A stretch of DNA of 63,755 bases, the filler included, from Chrysochromulina tobinii (lineage: Eukaryota): assembly GCA_001275005.1 (NCBI GenBank). It is 5 parts of 5 records of this genome, joined end to end, with 100 filler letters (N's around TTAATTAATTAA, not from the genome) between each part and the next. Parts side by side here need not be neighbours in the genome. Positions count along the whole stretch, not along the records: positions 1 to 23,956 come from JWZX01000208.1; 4 more parts are not named here. The stretch is one strand, 5' to 3'. Below, in pieces: positions 1 through 9,507 of the stretch. The number at the start of each line of letters is the position of its first letter. Position 1 is the first letter of the stretch. A model generated the notes under the pieces. That model saw nothing but the letters and a program-made list of their open reading frames with translations, did not search any database and had not been told where the DNA came from. Both the position numbers and the translations under genes were made by a program.

Positions 1-163
1 CTCCTGCCGACGAGAGGACGAGAGGACGAACGCTCGCGGAGCGTGTCGAAGTTTTCCACGTGTCGAAGTTCCCTCGAACGCTTCATAGGGGTCGGCGTCA
101 TGGGTAAGAGACTTGTTCACCAAACATTACGAAACGACCAAATTACCACACTCGATCTCCGCA

Positions 164-1222
164 ATGTTTGTCCTTGTCGCTGCTTCCGCTCTATTCGGCT
201 TCGCGCCCGTGCCGTATTGGAAGCCCCCACAATGCCAAGGGGTGCGCCCGGTATCTCGTATTGCCGCCGCGCCCGTGTGCCTCGCGCGCCAGCCACAAAG
301 CATGCAGCAGCAGCTTGCAGCAATGGCACTCGCAGCGCTTCTGACAGCTTCTCCGTTGGAGGCGGCGCTGCAGCCAGCCTTTGCCGCCGATGCCGCCGTG
401 GCTGTGCTCAAGCCTGGAGATGCGGGAACGAAAATCGTCAAAGGCAAGGTCGTCAAGATCGAGCCAACGAAGGAGGCTCCAAAGCCGCCGCCGAAATCCA
501 AGGCCGAGACACCCAAGAAAGCCGAGACACCCAAGAAGGCAGAGCCCGCTCCTGCGGCCGCGCCGGAGGCTGCTCCCGAGGCCGCGTCAAAGCCGCCGTC
601 GCCGCCGCCGCCGCCGCCCAAGGAGGTGGTCAACGCTCTGGCGACCATCAAGGATCAGAGGGCCAAAAAGGCGGCGGCTGCGAAACCGACTACCTCGGAC
701 GGCACGCCCAAGGCTCCCGCATTCGATGCTGCGAAGGCGGCTCCGAAGAAAAAGGAGGCGACGCCGAAGAAGGTTGAGCCAAAGAAGGAGGCGCCGAAGA
801 AAGTTGAGGCGAAGAAGGAGGCGCCGAAGAAGGAGGCGCCGAAGAAGGTTGAGGCGAAGAAGGATGCGCCGAAGAAGGTTGAGGCGAAGAAGGAGGCGCC
901 GAAGAAGGTAGAGGCGCCGAAGAAAGTCGCGGTTCAAACTAAGGCAGAGCTTGAAAAGGCAGCGCAGCAGAAGGCGGCGGAGAAGGCGAAGGCGGCGGAG
1001 AAGGCAGCGAAGGCGAAGGCAGCGGAGAAGGCGAAGGCGGAAAAGGCAAAGGTCGCGGAGAAGGCGGCGCAGGAGAGGGCGATTGCGGAGGCGAGAGCGA
1101 AGGCCGCGAAAAAGAGCAGTGGCAAGGAGAAGGGCCTGTCCTTGGGTAACCTGCTGACAATCGGTGCTGTCGGTGGCGCGGCCTTCCTGATTGCGGAGAA
1201 GGATGACAAGAAGGAGCAGTAA
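164..1222 (+). CDS. Lys/Ala/Pro-rich repeat protein with predicted plastid/thylakoid-lumen targeting and C-terminal TM anchor
   Basis: ATG at 164 gives MFVLVAASALFGFAP (signal peptide), a transit-like stretch, then a second hydrophobic signal ending PAFA-A. KKEAPKK/KKVEA repeats and AEKAKA repeats follow, with C-terminal hydrophobic LSLGNLLTIGAVGGAAFLIA. Confidence 0.75.
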   Translation: MFVLVAASALFGFAPVPYWKPPQCQGVRPVSRIAAAPVCLARQPQSMQQQLAAMALAALLTASPLEAALQPAFAADAAVAVLKPGDAGTKIVKGKVVKIEPTKEAPKPPPKSKAETPKKAETPKKAEPAPAAAPEAAPEAASKPPSPPPPPPKEVVNALATIKDQRAKKAAAAKPTTSDGTPKAPAFDAAKAAPKKKEATPKKVEPKKEAPKKVEAKKEAPKKEAPKKVEAKKDAPKKVEAKKEAPKKVEAPKKVAVQTKAELEKAAQQKAAEKAKAAEKAAKAKAAEKAKAEKAKVAEKAAQERAIAEARAKAAKKSSGKEKGLSLGNLLTIGAVGGAAFLIAEKDDKKEQ

Positions 1223-2206
1223 GCCTCCCACCGAGGCCAAGTGGAGTACCAGGGGTTGGGCATTGACAGGCGCGCAAAATGGCGCGACTTGCCCACAGGC
1301 ACAGCTGGGGATGAGCTGCCAGGTGCGGAAAGCAGTGACATGCCGCCTTAGAAAGCGCCTCATCCCTCATGGCGTTGCGCGTGAATACAATGTCGCCCGT
1401 ACTAGCCTCGGTTCGCGAGAGTGATCGAACGCCAGCTGGGCCACTCTCTGGCCCCCCGCTCCGGGAGGTCCTTTGTGTGCGTTCGGGGTGCCGATATCCT
1501 GGCGTGACTGTTAAATCTGTATCCTTGACCACGGCCACAGACCGATCAGCCATCCCGCCGGACCCCACAACTCGTATATAGTCTATCGGTAAAGCTTTGT
1601 CCCACGCGCCGCGAGCGCGGCCGCGGGCGGCGGGCCCGGCGGCCCGCTACACGCGGCCCGGGAGACTGGGGGCGCTACACTAAACTTCGACTCGCCGGTC
1701 ACGCACCCATCACCCCCTCCCGCGCGGACGGCTTCGAGATATCGCGCCACCGCGTAAGAGTAAGTCGTTGTGCGACACGATTATCGAATTATGGGCCGCG
1801 CCGCGAGCGACACCGATCGGCTCGGCTCGCGCCGGTCACCGGCACGCCGCTCCGTCGCCGCGCGCGTCCCGCGCGCGGCGCGGAAAGGACGATAGACCCC
1901 TCGGGCGGCCACTCGCCTGCCGTGAAGCGGGCGCATCTGATGCGGCTGTGCCTGCCGCAGGACCTTCGGCACACCTCGACGGCACACCTCGCTCGCACGC
2001 CATGTGTGGCTGAGCCCGGGTACCTGATCGAGCTCTGCTCGCAACGATCGCGAACGTACCCACACACCGGCCACCCTCACGGCCACCCACAAACCGGCAG
2101 CGACAACCGCGTATGAGTATCTGAAAGTTGGAAAGGTGGAACGCGCCAAGGCGCCATCGGATAACCGCATGGAGAACCGAACGCCCAACACCTCAAAGGA
2201 ATCGTT

Positions 2207-3755
2207 TCAAAAGCCCTTCCATCCATTTTTCTTGGCCACTTCAAACCTGTGTTTCCAGTCCTTGCAGCTGCGAGAGGATCAGGGCACGCGCGAGAGTCAA
2301 TCGGCAAGTTCAAGGTAGGTTTCGGGAGGGTCGGGGCAGGTCAGCGAGCACGCGGCGTGCGACCTACTTGGCACTCGATGCGCACGGGTTGCCGTACAAA
2401 CATGAGCACGAGGCGGAGTCTTCGCCCAGGATGGCGCTGTCCTCGGCCATAGCATCCTCGAGGTCGCGCTGCGCAAGCAGCTCCCGGTACTGCATGCCAC
2501 CTTCCTTGAGCTCAGCGGCCGTTAGCTTCTTCAGCTCGGCCGTTACAAGCGCTGAGCCGCGTGTCATGCCCCCCACGGCGCGGCCAACAGGCAAGGAGGA
2601 GCCCTTCGGAGCCACATACGTCTTCGTCGGCTTGCCTGCGAGTTGCGGGTCCTCCTCCACGATCACGGTGTACACCGTGCCGAGCAATAGGCCCGAGAAG
2701 GTGCCGCACGCTGCGCGCTCGCCCTCGGCATCGACAAGGCTTAGCTTGCCGCCATCGGGCAATACGGCCTCGCCGCCGCCGATCGGCTGCAGCCGCACCG
2801 AGAAGTTGCCCTTGAAGGCATACGAGAAGGCCCATTTGTCGTCTACTGGTCGAAACTCTAAGCGGCCGTCGACGAGCCCATATTGGTCCTTGTAGTGATT
2901 GTAGCGCAGCTGCCCAGAGAGAGGGAGCACGGATACAATCAGGAACTCAGCGGTGGCATTCAATGGCAAACGGCGCACCTCTACTCTAGACACGTCCGCG
3001 GGCGCGGCACTCTTCTGGCTGGAGCTCGGCGCGCCTTTGCCTGTGTCTGTCGCGTCGGTGCTGGAGCCACCCGCCTCGGGCGTCGCGCGAACCGCTTGCC
3101 CCACCGACTCGAGGTAGGACTTCACACATTCAACAAACGGCTCAGCGTAGCGCTCAACGCGCGTCGGACCGAAGCCGGGCACATCGGCTGCCTTGAACGC
3201 CTCAATGGTCGTCGGCTGGAGCCGCGCGATGTGCTGCAAGGCGTCTGCGCTAGCAATCATCGTCGTCATGGATTTTTCTTGGTCAGCGATCGTCTTTCGT
3301 GCCGCCTTGAGCGCGTCCAGCAGCGCGGGGTCAATTGCTGCCGCGTGTGCTGTCGAGGCCAAGACTACTGCTGCCGCTTCTGATATGGCCGTGGGTGCAG
3401 ATGCAGCCAGGGGTGCTGCTACGCTCGTGGGCGATGTGTTTGATGTGTGTGTATGCAACGCACTTGGCGCAGAGTCTGCTAGAATGGGTGCAACGCCTGC
3501 TGACGGCGACGTCACACTGCTAAGCCTCACCGCATTCAACGCCGATCCTGCAACGCCGATCCTGCTGGTGCTTGCCTCCTTGGAGGTGCTGCTTTGCTGC
3601 GCACTCGTGCTTGCAAGTTGGGCGTCGCTTTGACTGGCTATCTTAGCCCTCAACTTGTCGGGGCTGGACACCTTGCTGCCTGACGCCGAACTGCCTGCGT
3701 CGCTGCTGCGGGCGGCACGTTCCTTTGCAGTGGCGAGCATCGTCTTTGGTGGCAT
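2207..3755 (-). CDS. HRDC-domain protein with C-terminal Cys-rich motif (2 exons: 3755-2368, 2267-2207)
   Basis: LLDALKAARKTIADQE...LQHIARLQPTT...VPGFGPTRVERYAEPFVECV resembles HRDC. A 100-nt intron GTAGGT...CTCGCAG (2367-2268) joins in frame to give SCSCLYGNPCASSANCKDWKHRFEVAKKNGWKGF*. Confidence 0.75.
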
Positions 3756-3963
3756 TGTTTACGCGCGGATCCAGCAGGTTTGTGAAGTCGTTCTTTAATT
3801 AAACTCGTAACGCCGCCGGGCCCTTATTCGCCCCACCCGGGCCTTTCAGAGAGTACCCTCGACGTTTCACACGTCTCGTGTGATTATCGCGGCTTGTTCA
3901 GGGGCCCAGTGGCCACGCGGACGCGGCTGTGTGCCGACACTGCAATTCTTCCTTCGAAGCGCA

Positions 3964-5190
3964 ATGTCTGACGCCGACGACACGGCGCCTGCATCCAATG
4001 GCGTTGCAGTCCGTGATGCTGACGGCAGCCGGAACGATCGCGAGCCGGACGCGGATCGCACTGATCGCTCCCGCTCGCGTTCGCGCTCGCCGCCGCATGG
4101 CGGACGCGGACACAGTGCAGCCAACGAGGATGACAATGGGGCACTGATGGGTGCGCCGCCGCCGCCCCTGAGCGGCGGACCCGAAGTGCGCCCGGGTGAC
4201 TGGACGTGCGGCAATTGTGGAGCCAATGTGTTTGCTTCCAAGACTGCATGCTTCCGCTGCCAGACGCCGCGTATGGGTGGCCCCCAGATGGGCATGTCTC
4301 AAATGGGCGGCAGCAGCGACGTGCGCCCGGGCGACTGGTCGTGCGGCAACTGCGGTGCCAATGTATTCGCCTCCAAGACGAGCTGCTTTCGCTGTCAGAC
4401 TCCCAGACACCATGGTGGTGGTGGTGGCGGCGGCGGCGGCTATGGCGGAGGCTACGGCGGCGGTGGCGGCGCTGGCTATGGCGGTGGCAACTTCGGCGGG
4501 GGAGGTAACTTCGGTGGAGGAGGCTACGGCGGCTACGGCGGTGGCATGATGGGAGGCCCGATGGGTGGAGGCATGCGTGGCCCGCCGATGGAAGGCGGCG
4601 GCGGTGGTGGCGGCGGCAACGTGCGTCCGGGCGACTGGACGTGCCACGGCTGCGGCGCCAACGTCTTCAGCTCGAAGACTGCCTGCTTCCGGTGCCAGAC
4701 GCCCAGGCCAATGGGAGGGCCGGGCGGCGGAGGTGGAGGGGGCTACGGGGGCGGTGGAGGGGGCTACGGCGGTGGCGGAGGCGGCTACGGGGGCGGGGGC
4801 GGCTACGGGGGTGGCGGTGGCATGGGCGGAGCCATGGGTGGTGGCATGGGAGGCGGCATGGGCGGCGATGGTGGCATGGGCGGCGGCATGGGCGGCGGTA
4901 TGGGGGGCGGCATGGGCGGCGGTGGTGGCATGGGCCGTCCTGCACCTTCCGTGCGCCCCGGCGACTGGTCATGCCCCAACTGCAGCGCAAATGTCTTCGC
5001 CTCCAAAATGGCCTGTTTCCGCTGCCAGACTCCCAAACCGGGCGGCGGCGGCGGCGGTGGTGGAGGCATGGGCGGCGGCATGGGCGGCGGCGGCATGGGT
5101 GGCTCTGGCGGATCGTTTGGCGGGTACAGCTGCGGTGGCGGCGGCGATGAGCGCGGCGGCTACGGACCCCGAGGGGGCGATCGCTACTAA
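3964..5190 (+). CDS. Gly-rich RNA-binding protein with four RanBP2-type zinc fingers
   Basis: Four copies of RPGDWxCxxCxANVFxSKxxCFRCQTP separated by GGGY/GGM low-complexity linkers; RS dipeptides at the N-terminus; ATG at 3964. Confidence 0.92.
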   Translation: MSDADDTAPASNGVAVRDADGSRNDREPDADRTDRSRSRSRSPPHGGRGHSAANEDDNGALMGAPPPPLSGGPEVRPGDWTCGNCGANVFASKTACFRCQTPRMGGPQMGMSQMGGSSDVRPGDWSCGNCGANVFASKTSCFRCQTPRHHGGGGGGGGGYGGGYGGGGGAGYGGGNFGGGGNFGGGGYGGYGGGMMGGPMGGGMRGPPMEGGGGGGGGNVRPGDWTCHGCGANVFSSKTACFRCQTPRPMGGPGGGGGGGYGGGGGGYGGGGGGYGGGGGYGGGGGMGGAMGGGMGGGMGGDGGMGGGMGGGMGGGMGGGGGMGRPAPSVRPGDWSCPNCSANVFASKMACFRCQTPKPGGGGGGGGGMGGGMGGGGMGGSGGSFGGYSCGGGGDERGGYGPRGGDRY

Positions 5191-6338
5191 CGTGGGCGAG
5201 TCGCCCCGCTTCTCACTCTGACTCATGTTCGGGTGCTGGCACACGCTCTGCCAAAGCAAAAGCGCAGGAGCTGGAGGCCGGGGGCTGGGGATTGGGAGGG
5301 CGGGCGGTCGCGCGAGGCAACGGTGCTGCCGCAGCGCCATGGAGATCGAGCAGGACCGTGCACGAGCTCCAGAATCTCGGCGGCGGGACGAAGCGGGCGC
5401 CGGGCTCCGCGTGCAAGGTTGCCAGCATGTCTCAGGGGCGAGGGAATATGTGTCGTAAATTATGTCGCGCGGCGGAGGCGGTTTCTGGCGCGGCTGTGTG
5501 GGAAGCGCCGGGGGGGGCGAATGTGCCGCGTGCGCATGTTGTTGGAGCATGTGTCATGCCGACGTGCCCTCATGGCAGATGGCTCATGTGGGCAAGTGAC
5601 CGTGCTGGCGCTCGCTCCCGCGCCATGTCACTTACGTACTCGCGAGCCGCCATCTGACCGCACAGAGTGGAGAGGGAATTTGGTCGGGTATGTCGGTTCG
5701 AGTTGCGCGAGGTCTCCGGGCGTGGCCGGCGCGCGAGCGAACCGGTCGCGAACCGGAACGTAAGAATGAATCTTTCTTTTTCCCCGGAGAGGAGGTACGC
5801 CGACGCTACGCCGACGCCCCTAACGGTCCGCGCCAAACGCGTCGCGACGGCGCGTCCTCGGCGCTCGTGCCTTCTCAGAACGGCTTCTCTAACGGCTTCT
5901 CGTCGCCCGAAACCAGCAACGCGCCAAACCGGCGGAAACCGCACCGCGGCGCGCTCGCAGCCTCGTACTTCGCCTCCTCGCGCGCCAGACGCGCCTCCCC
6001 GGCGCCACGAACAACACGCGGTACGGCGAGGGCTGCGCGTCCCCCCGCAGATTCTTCACGCACCATACACGCACCAACGGTTGCCAACATCTCCACCGCC
6101 ACGATCCATGGGCATGAACATGAAAGCCGCCGATGCGCAAACCATCCTCAACGCCGCGCATGCTCCGTGTCTCATTTGGGGTCGTGTAAGGTGTGTGTAT
6201 TCTGAGCGGGCAGTAACACTGGGTTGTCGCGTCAGTCGTGTTCACATTCACACCGCGAGGTTGAGCGACTTTTCACTTTCCCAATGTCTGTGGCTGTGCG
6301 GAAAAGCACACGAGCCTTCTCGCAGCTCTGGGTGCAGT

Positions 6339-8798
6339 ATGTCGGCTGCTGCTACTCCTGCGTTTAACGCTGCGCCGCTGACGTGGGCGCACACGGATCT
6401 GAAAGCGGACATTTCCGAGGAGGAGCTGCCCACGCTGGAGGCTTGCCGCGAGCTTTGCATATCTGGCGGTCGTGCTGCGCTGCTCCTTTACCTGCGCGAG
6501 GCTGGAGTCAAGAGCTTAGGAGTGCGGCGCAAGATCGCCGGTGCAGTGGAGAAAATCTCAGCCGTTGAGGTTGCAGCAGCGTCTGCGCCTGCACCTGCAC
6601 CCGCGGCCGTGCAGGCGCCCGCACCCGCACCTGCACCTGATGCAGCCAAGAAGGAGGCAGCTCTTGCACTTGCGTCGATGGACTCGGCCGACGAGTTCAG
6701 CGCCTTCCTTCCTCGTTGGGCCCTCGGCAGCGGCCAGTTTGGCGTTGTGTGGCTGCTGGTGCATCCAGACGGACGCAAGCTCGTCGACAAGCGCATCTCC
6801 CTCGCAGGCATGACAGAAGAGCAAAAGTCGAACACGCACAAAGAGATCGACCTGCTACGCAAGCTCGAGTTCAAGTACGTGATGCGCTACTACCACTCGT
6901 ACGAGGACTCGCCCAAGGATAAGAAGACGGGCGAGGAGGCGCCCACGCTGCACATTCTGATGGAGTATGGCGACGGCGGCGCCCTCGATGCCAAGATCTC
7001 CGAGCAGAAGTCGCGTCGAAAGAACTTCGAGTACACATTGGTCCGGCGGTGGATTGCGCAGCTCATTGAGGCGCTCGACCACATCCACAAGTTGCGTGTC
7101 ATCCACCGCGACCTCAAGACGGCAAACATCTTGTTGTGCGGCACCAAGCTCGTGGCCAAGCTGGCCGACTTCGGCATCTCGCGGCTCATGTCGTCGCATA
7201 CGAACTTCGCGTCCACCGCGGTCGGCACGCCTTACTACCTCGCACCGGAGCTCATCGCCGGCCAAGGGTACGATGGGCGTGCGGACATTTGGTCTCTCGG
7301 CGTGATCTGCTACGAGCTGTTAGCTCTCGACCGACCGTTCAAGGGTGAGAACATCGCGATGCTTGCGATGGCTATCTCGCGGAAATGTCACTCGCCCCTG
7401 CCCGTAGGCACGCCGCCTGACCTGTACAACCTCACGGATAAGATCCTCAAGGCCAAGGATATGATGTGCAGACCTACCGCTCAACAGCTGCTGCGCGAGG
7501 ACCCCGTGCGCGGGTGGATTGCTGAGTGGGCGGCCGCCGAGGGCCAGCCAACCACAGAGCTACCCGAAACGCCGCCGCCCACGCCAATGCCGAGCGCACA
7601 GGCTCCAGGCGACGCCTCATCGCTGAGTGCCGCTCTCACGGGCTTATTCAGCCCCATGGCAATGAGCCCTACCGTCCCGCCCGGGCTCAAGAAGGTGTTC
7701 TCGTGGCGAGTTGGCGACGCGAAAGAGTCGCAGTGGCACATTCTCGAGCAGCTAGTGAACCATGAGGTCGTGGGCCTGTGCGCGGGGCCGATGGCGGCGG
7801 CAGCACTCATGTCCGATGGCGACGTATTCACGTGGGCAATACAAAGTGGGCTCGAGTGGGCCAAGCATACGAAGCCGCGACGGCTTCAGGAGGACCCGAA
7901 ACTCCACGCGGTGCAGCTGGCCATGAGCGATGCGGACGGCGACCCGTTTCTGCTGCTTGTGACGCGGGATGGTGGCGTGTTCGAGTGGCTGGCCGACGAG
8001 CCTAAGCCTCGGCTCGTGCGCGGGCTACCCACGCCAGTGAGCGCCGTAGCCATCAGCTGCGGCGCGGAGCACTCGGTGCTCGTGAGCGAGGACGGGCGCG
8101 TCTTTGCCTGGGGCAGAAACGAGGAAGGGCAGCTGGGGCTGGGCACGGAATTCGCCGAGAGAGGCAGGGTCGATGCGCCGGTGCCAATGCTTCTCGATCA
8201 GGGCACGGCGGCCAGAGGCGCCAGCTGTGCCGTGAACACGACACTTGTGCTCACACAGAGCGGCCATGGGCTGAGCTGCGGCAGCAACGAGCATGGCCAG
8301 TTGGCACACGCCGAGGGTGACGCCGAGAGCGAGGCGATACTGAAACGAATCGGAATGCCAAGTGACGCGGATGGTTCCCTCGTACAGCTCGCGTGCGGCA
8401 ACAAGCACGCGGTTGCACTCACGAGCGACGGGCGAGTCATCAGCTGGGGCAGTGCCGAGGGTGGGCGGCTTGGACGAAAGCTCAAGCGTGGCTCAGGTTC
8501 CCACTCGCCGGCGTCACGTAAGCCGGCGTTCGTGTCTTTTTCAGAAGCCGACCAGAACGTGTGCAGCATCAGCGCAGGCGGCACCCACACAGTCGCGCTT
8601 ACCGATGCTGGCGCCATGTGGGTATGGGGGCAACTCGGCAGGTTGGACCCATATGAGACCCCGAAGCGCGTGCAAGGAAACACGCTCGGCAGTGCGCACT
8701 TTCTCTGCACTTGCGCCAGCTCTGGTACCAAGGACAGTGGCTTCCACACACTAGCTGTTGCAATCGCACCCGATCCCCCTGATGAAGGGGACTTTTAG
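6339..8798 (+). CDS. NIMA-related (NEK8/NEK9-like) Ser/Thr kinase with C-terminal RCC1 repeats
   Basis: Kinase motifs LGSGQFG, HRDLKTANI, LADFGISR, GTPYYLAPE, DIWSLG; RCC1 repeats (SCGAEHS...WGRNEEGQLG, ACGNKHA...WGSAEGGRLG). The start at 6339 is chosen by eye; upstream in-frame sequence looks non-coding. Confidence 0.9.
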   Translation: MSAAATPAFNAAPLTWAHTDLKADISEEELPTLEACRELCISGGRAALLLYLREAGVKSLGVRRKIAGAVEKISAVEVAAASAPAPAPAAVQAPAPAPAPDAAKKEAALALASMDSADEFSAFLPRWALGSGQFGVVWLLVHPDGRKLVDKRISLAGMTEEQKSNTHKEIDLLRKLEFKYVMRYYHSYEDSPKDKKTGEEAPTLHILMEYGDGGALDAKISEQKSRRKNFEYTLVRRWIAQLIEALDHIHKLRVIHRDLKTANILLCGTKLVAKLADFGISRLMSSHTNFASTAVGTPYYLAPELIAGQGYDGRADIWSLGVICYELLALDRPFKGENIAMLAMAISRKCHSPLPVGTPPDLYNLTDKILKAKDMMCRPTAQQLLREDPVRGWIAEWAAAEGQPTTELPETPPPTPMPSAQAPGDASSLSAALTGLFSPMAMSPTVPPGLKKVFSWRVGDAKESQWHILEQLVNHEVVGLCAGPMAAAALMSDGDVFTWAIQSGLEWAKHTKPRRLQEDPKLHAVQLAMSDADGDPFLLLVTRDGGVFEWLADEPKPRLVRGLPTPVSAVAISCGAEHSVLVSEDGRVFAWGRNEEGQLGLGTEFAERGRVDAPVPMLLDQGTAARGASCAVNTTLVLTQSGHGLSCGSNEHGQLAHAEGDAESEAILKRIGMPSDADGSLVQLACGNKHAVALTSDGRVISWGSAEGGRLGRKLKRGSGSHSPASRKPAFVSFSEADQNVCSISAGGTHTVALTDAGAMWVWGQLGRLDPYETPKRVQGNTLGSAHFLCTCASSGTKDSGFHTLAVAIAPDPPDEGDF

Positions 8799-9507
8799 GG
8801 ATTGGGATGAACCGCCATTTCCGAACCGCCATTGGCACGTTGCCGCGGCGGACGTGCCACTCAGTCGGCTGCTGCGCGCGCAGACGGACAGGATTGCGAT
8901 ACTGTACCGTACCGCGCACCTGCGGCTGCGCCTCCCCGCGCGTGCGCGCGGGCTGCGTCTGCGACAGCGCGCGGCGGGGTCGTCGCGCCGTGTCGACGGC
9001 CGTTGATGGGTTGTTTTCTCACCGTCCCGATGCGGACGGGCCGGCGCCGCCGCGCGCGGCGCGCGGTCAGCGGATTTCGATGCCGCCGTGGTCCTGATTA
9101 TTGTTTGAACATGTGCTAGCACCGCAACCGGCGGTGCGGCTTTAAAGCTTGGAATTCCAGACGCGTTACGTGAACACGATAATCCAGTTTGAATCCAGTT
9201 TTCAGAACATCCCGGGCGCGAGGGCCGGCGAGCGCGGAAGCCGCGTGCCCGGTGCGGTGTGCCCTCGACGAACGCGTGGCGCCGACGGCGCGCGAAAGTA
9301 CAGTATATCGCCCGCCCCGCGAAGCGAGCTGGAACCGGCGGCATCCGCCGCGGGGCGACACTGCGCTTTCTGCGGTCGGGTGGGAAGCGGGAACGCTGGG
9401 CTCGCTTCCGTATTGCGGTCTGCCGCATGCACCACAGATCTTTAGGAATCGCGAATCGGGTGCCCCTAGGATGCCCCCAAGCCCGCATCCGCCGTCGCTC
9501 ATCGAGA

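Noticed and set aside
1768..2116. Possible small gene between the first two CDSs
   Set aside because: Only short ORFs with no recognisable motif or convincing start and splice structure.
3795..3802. Isolated TTAATTAA as a contig junction
   Set aside because: There are no flanking Ns; it is a natural AT-rich element in the divergent promoter between two genes.
5667..6338. N-terminal 224 aa of the NEK ORF
   Set aside because: It reads as stop-free GC-rich promoter/UTR; protein-like sequence begins at ATG 6339.
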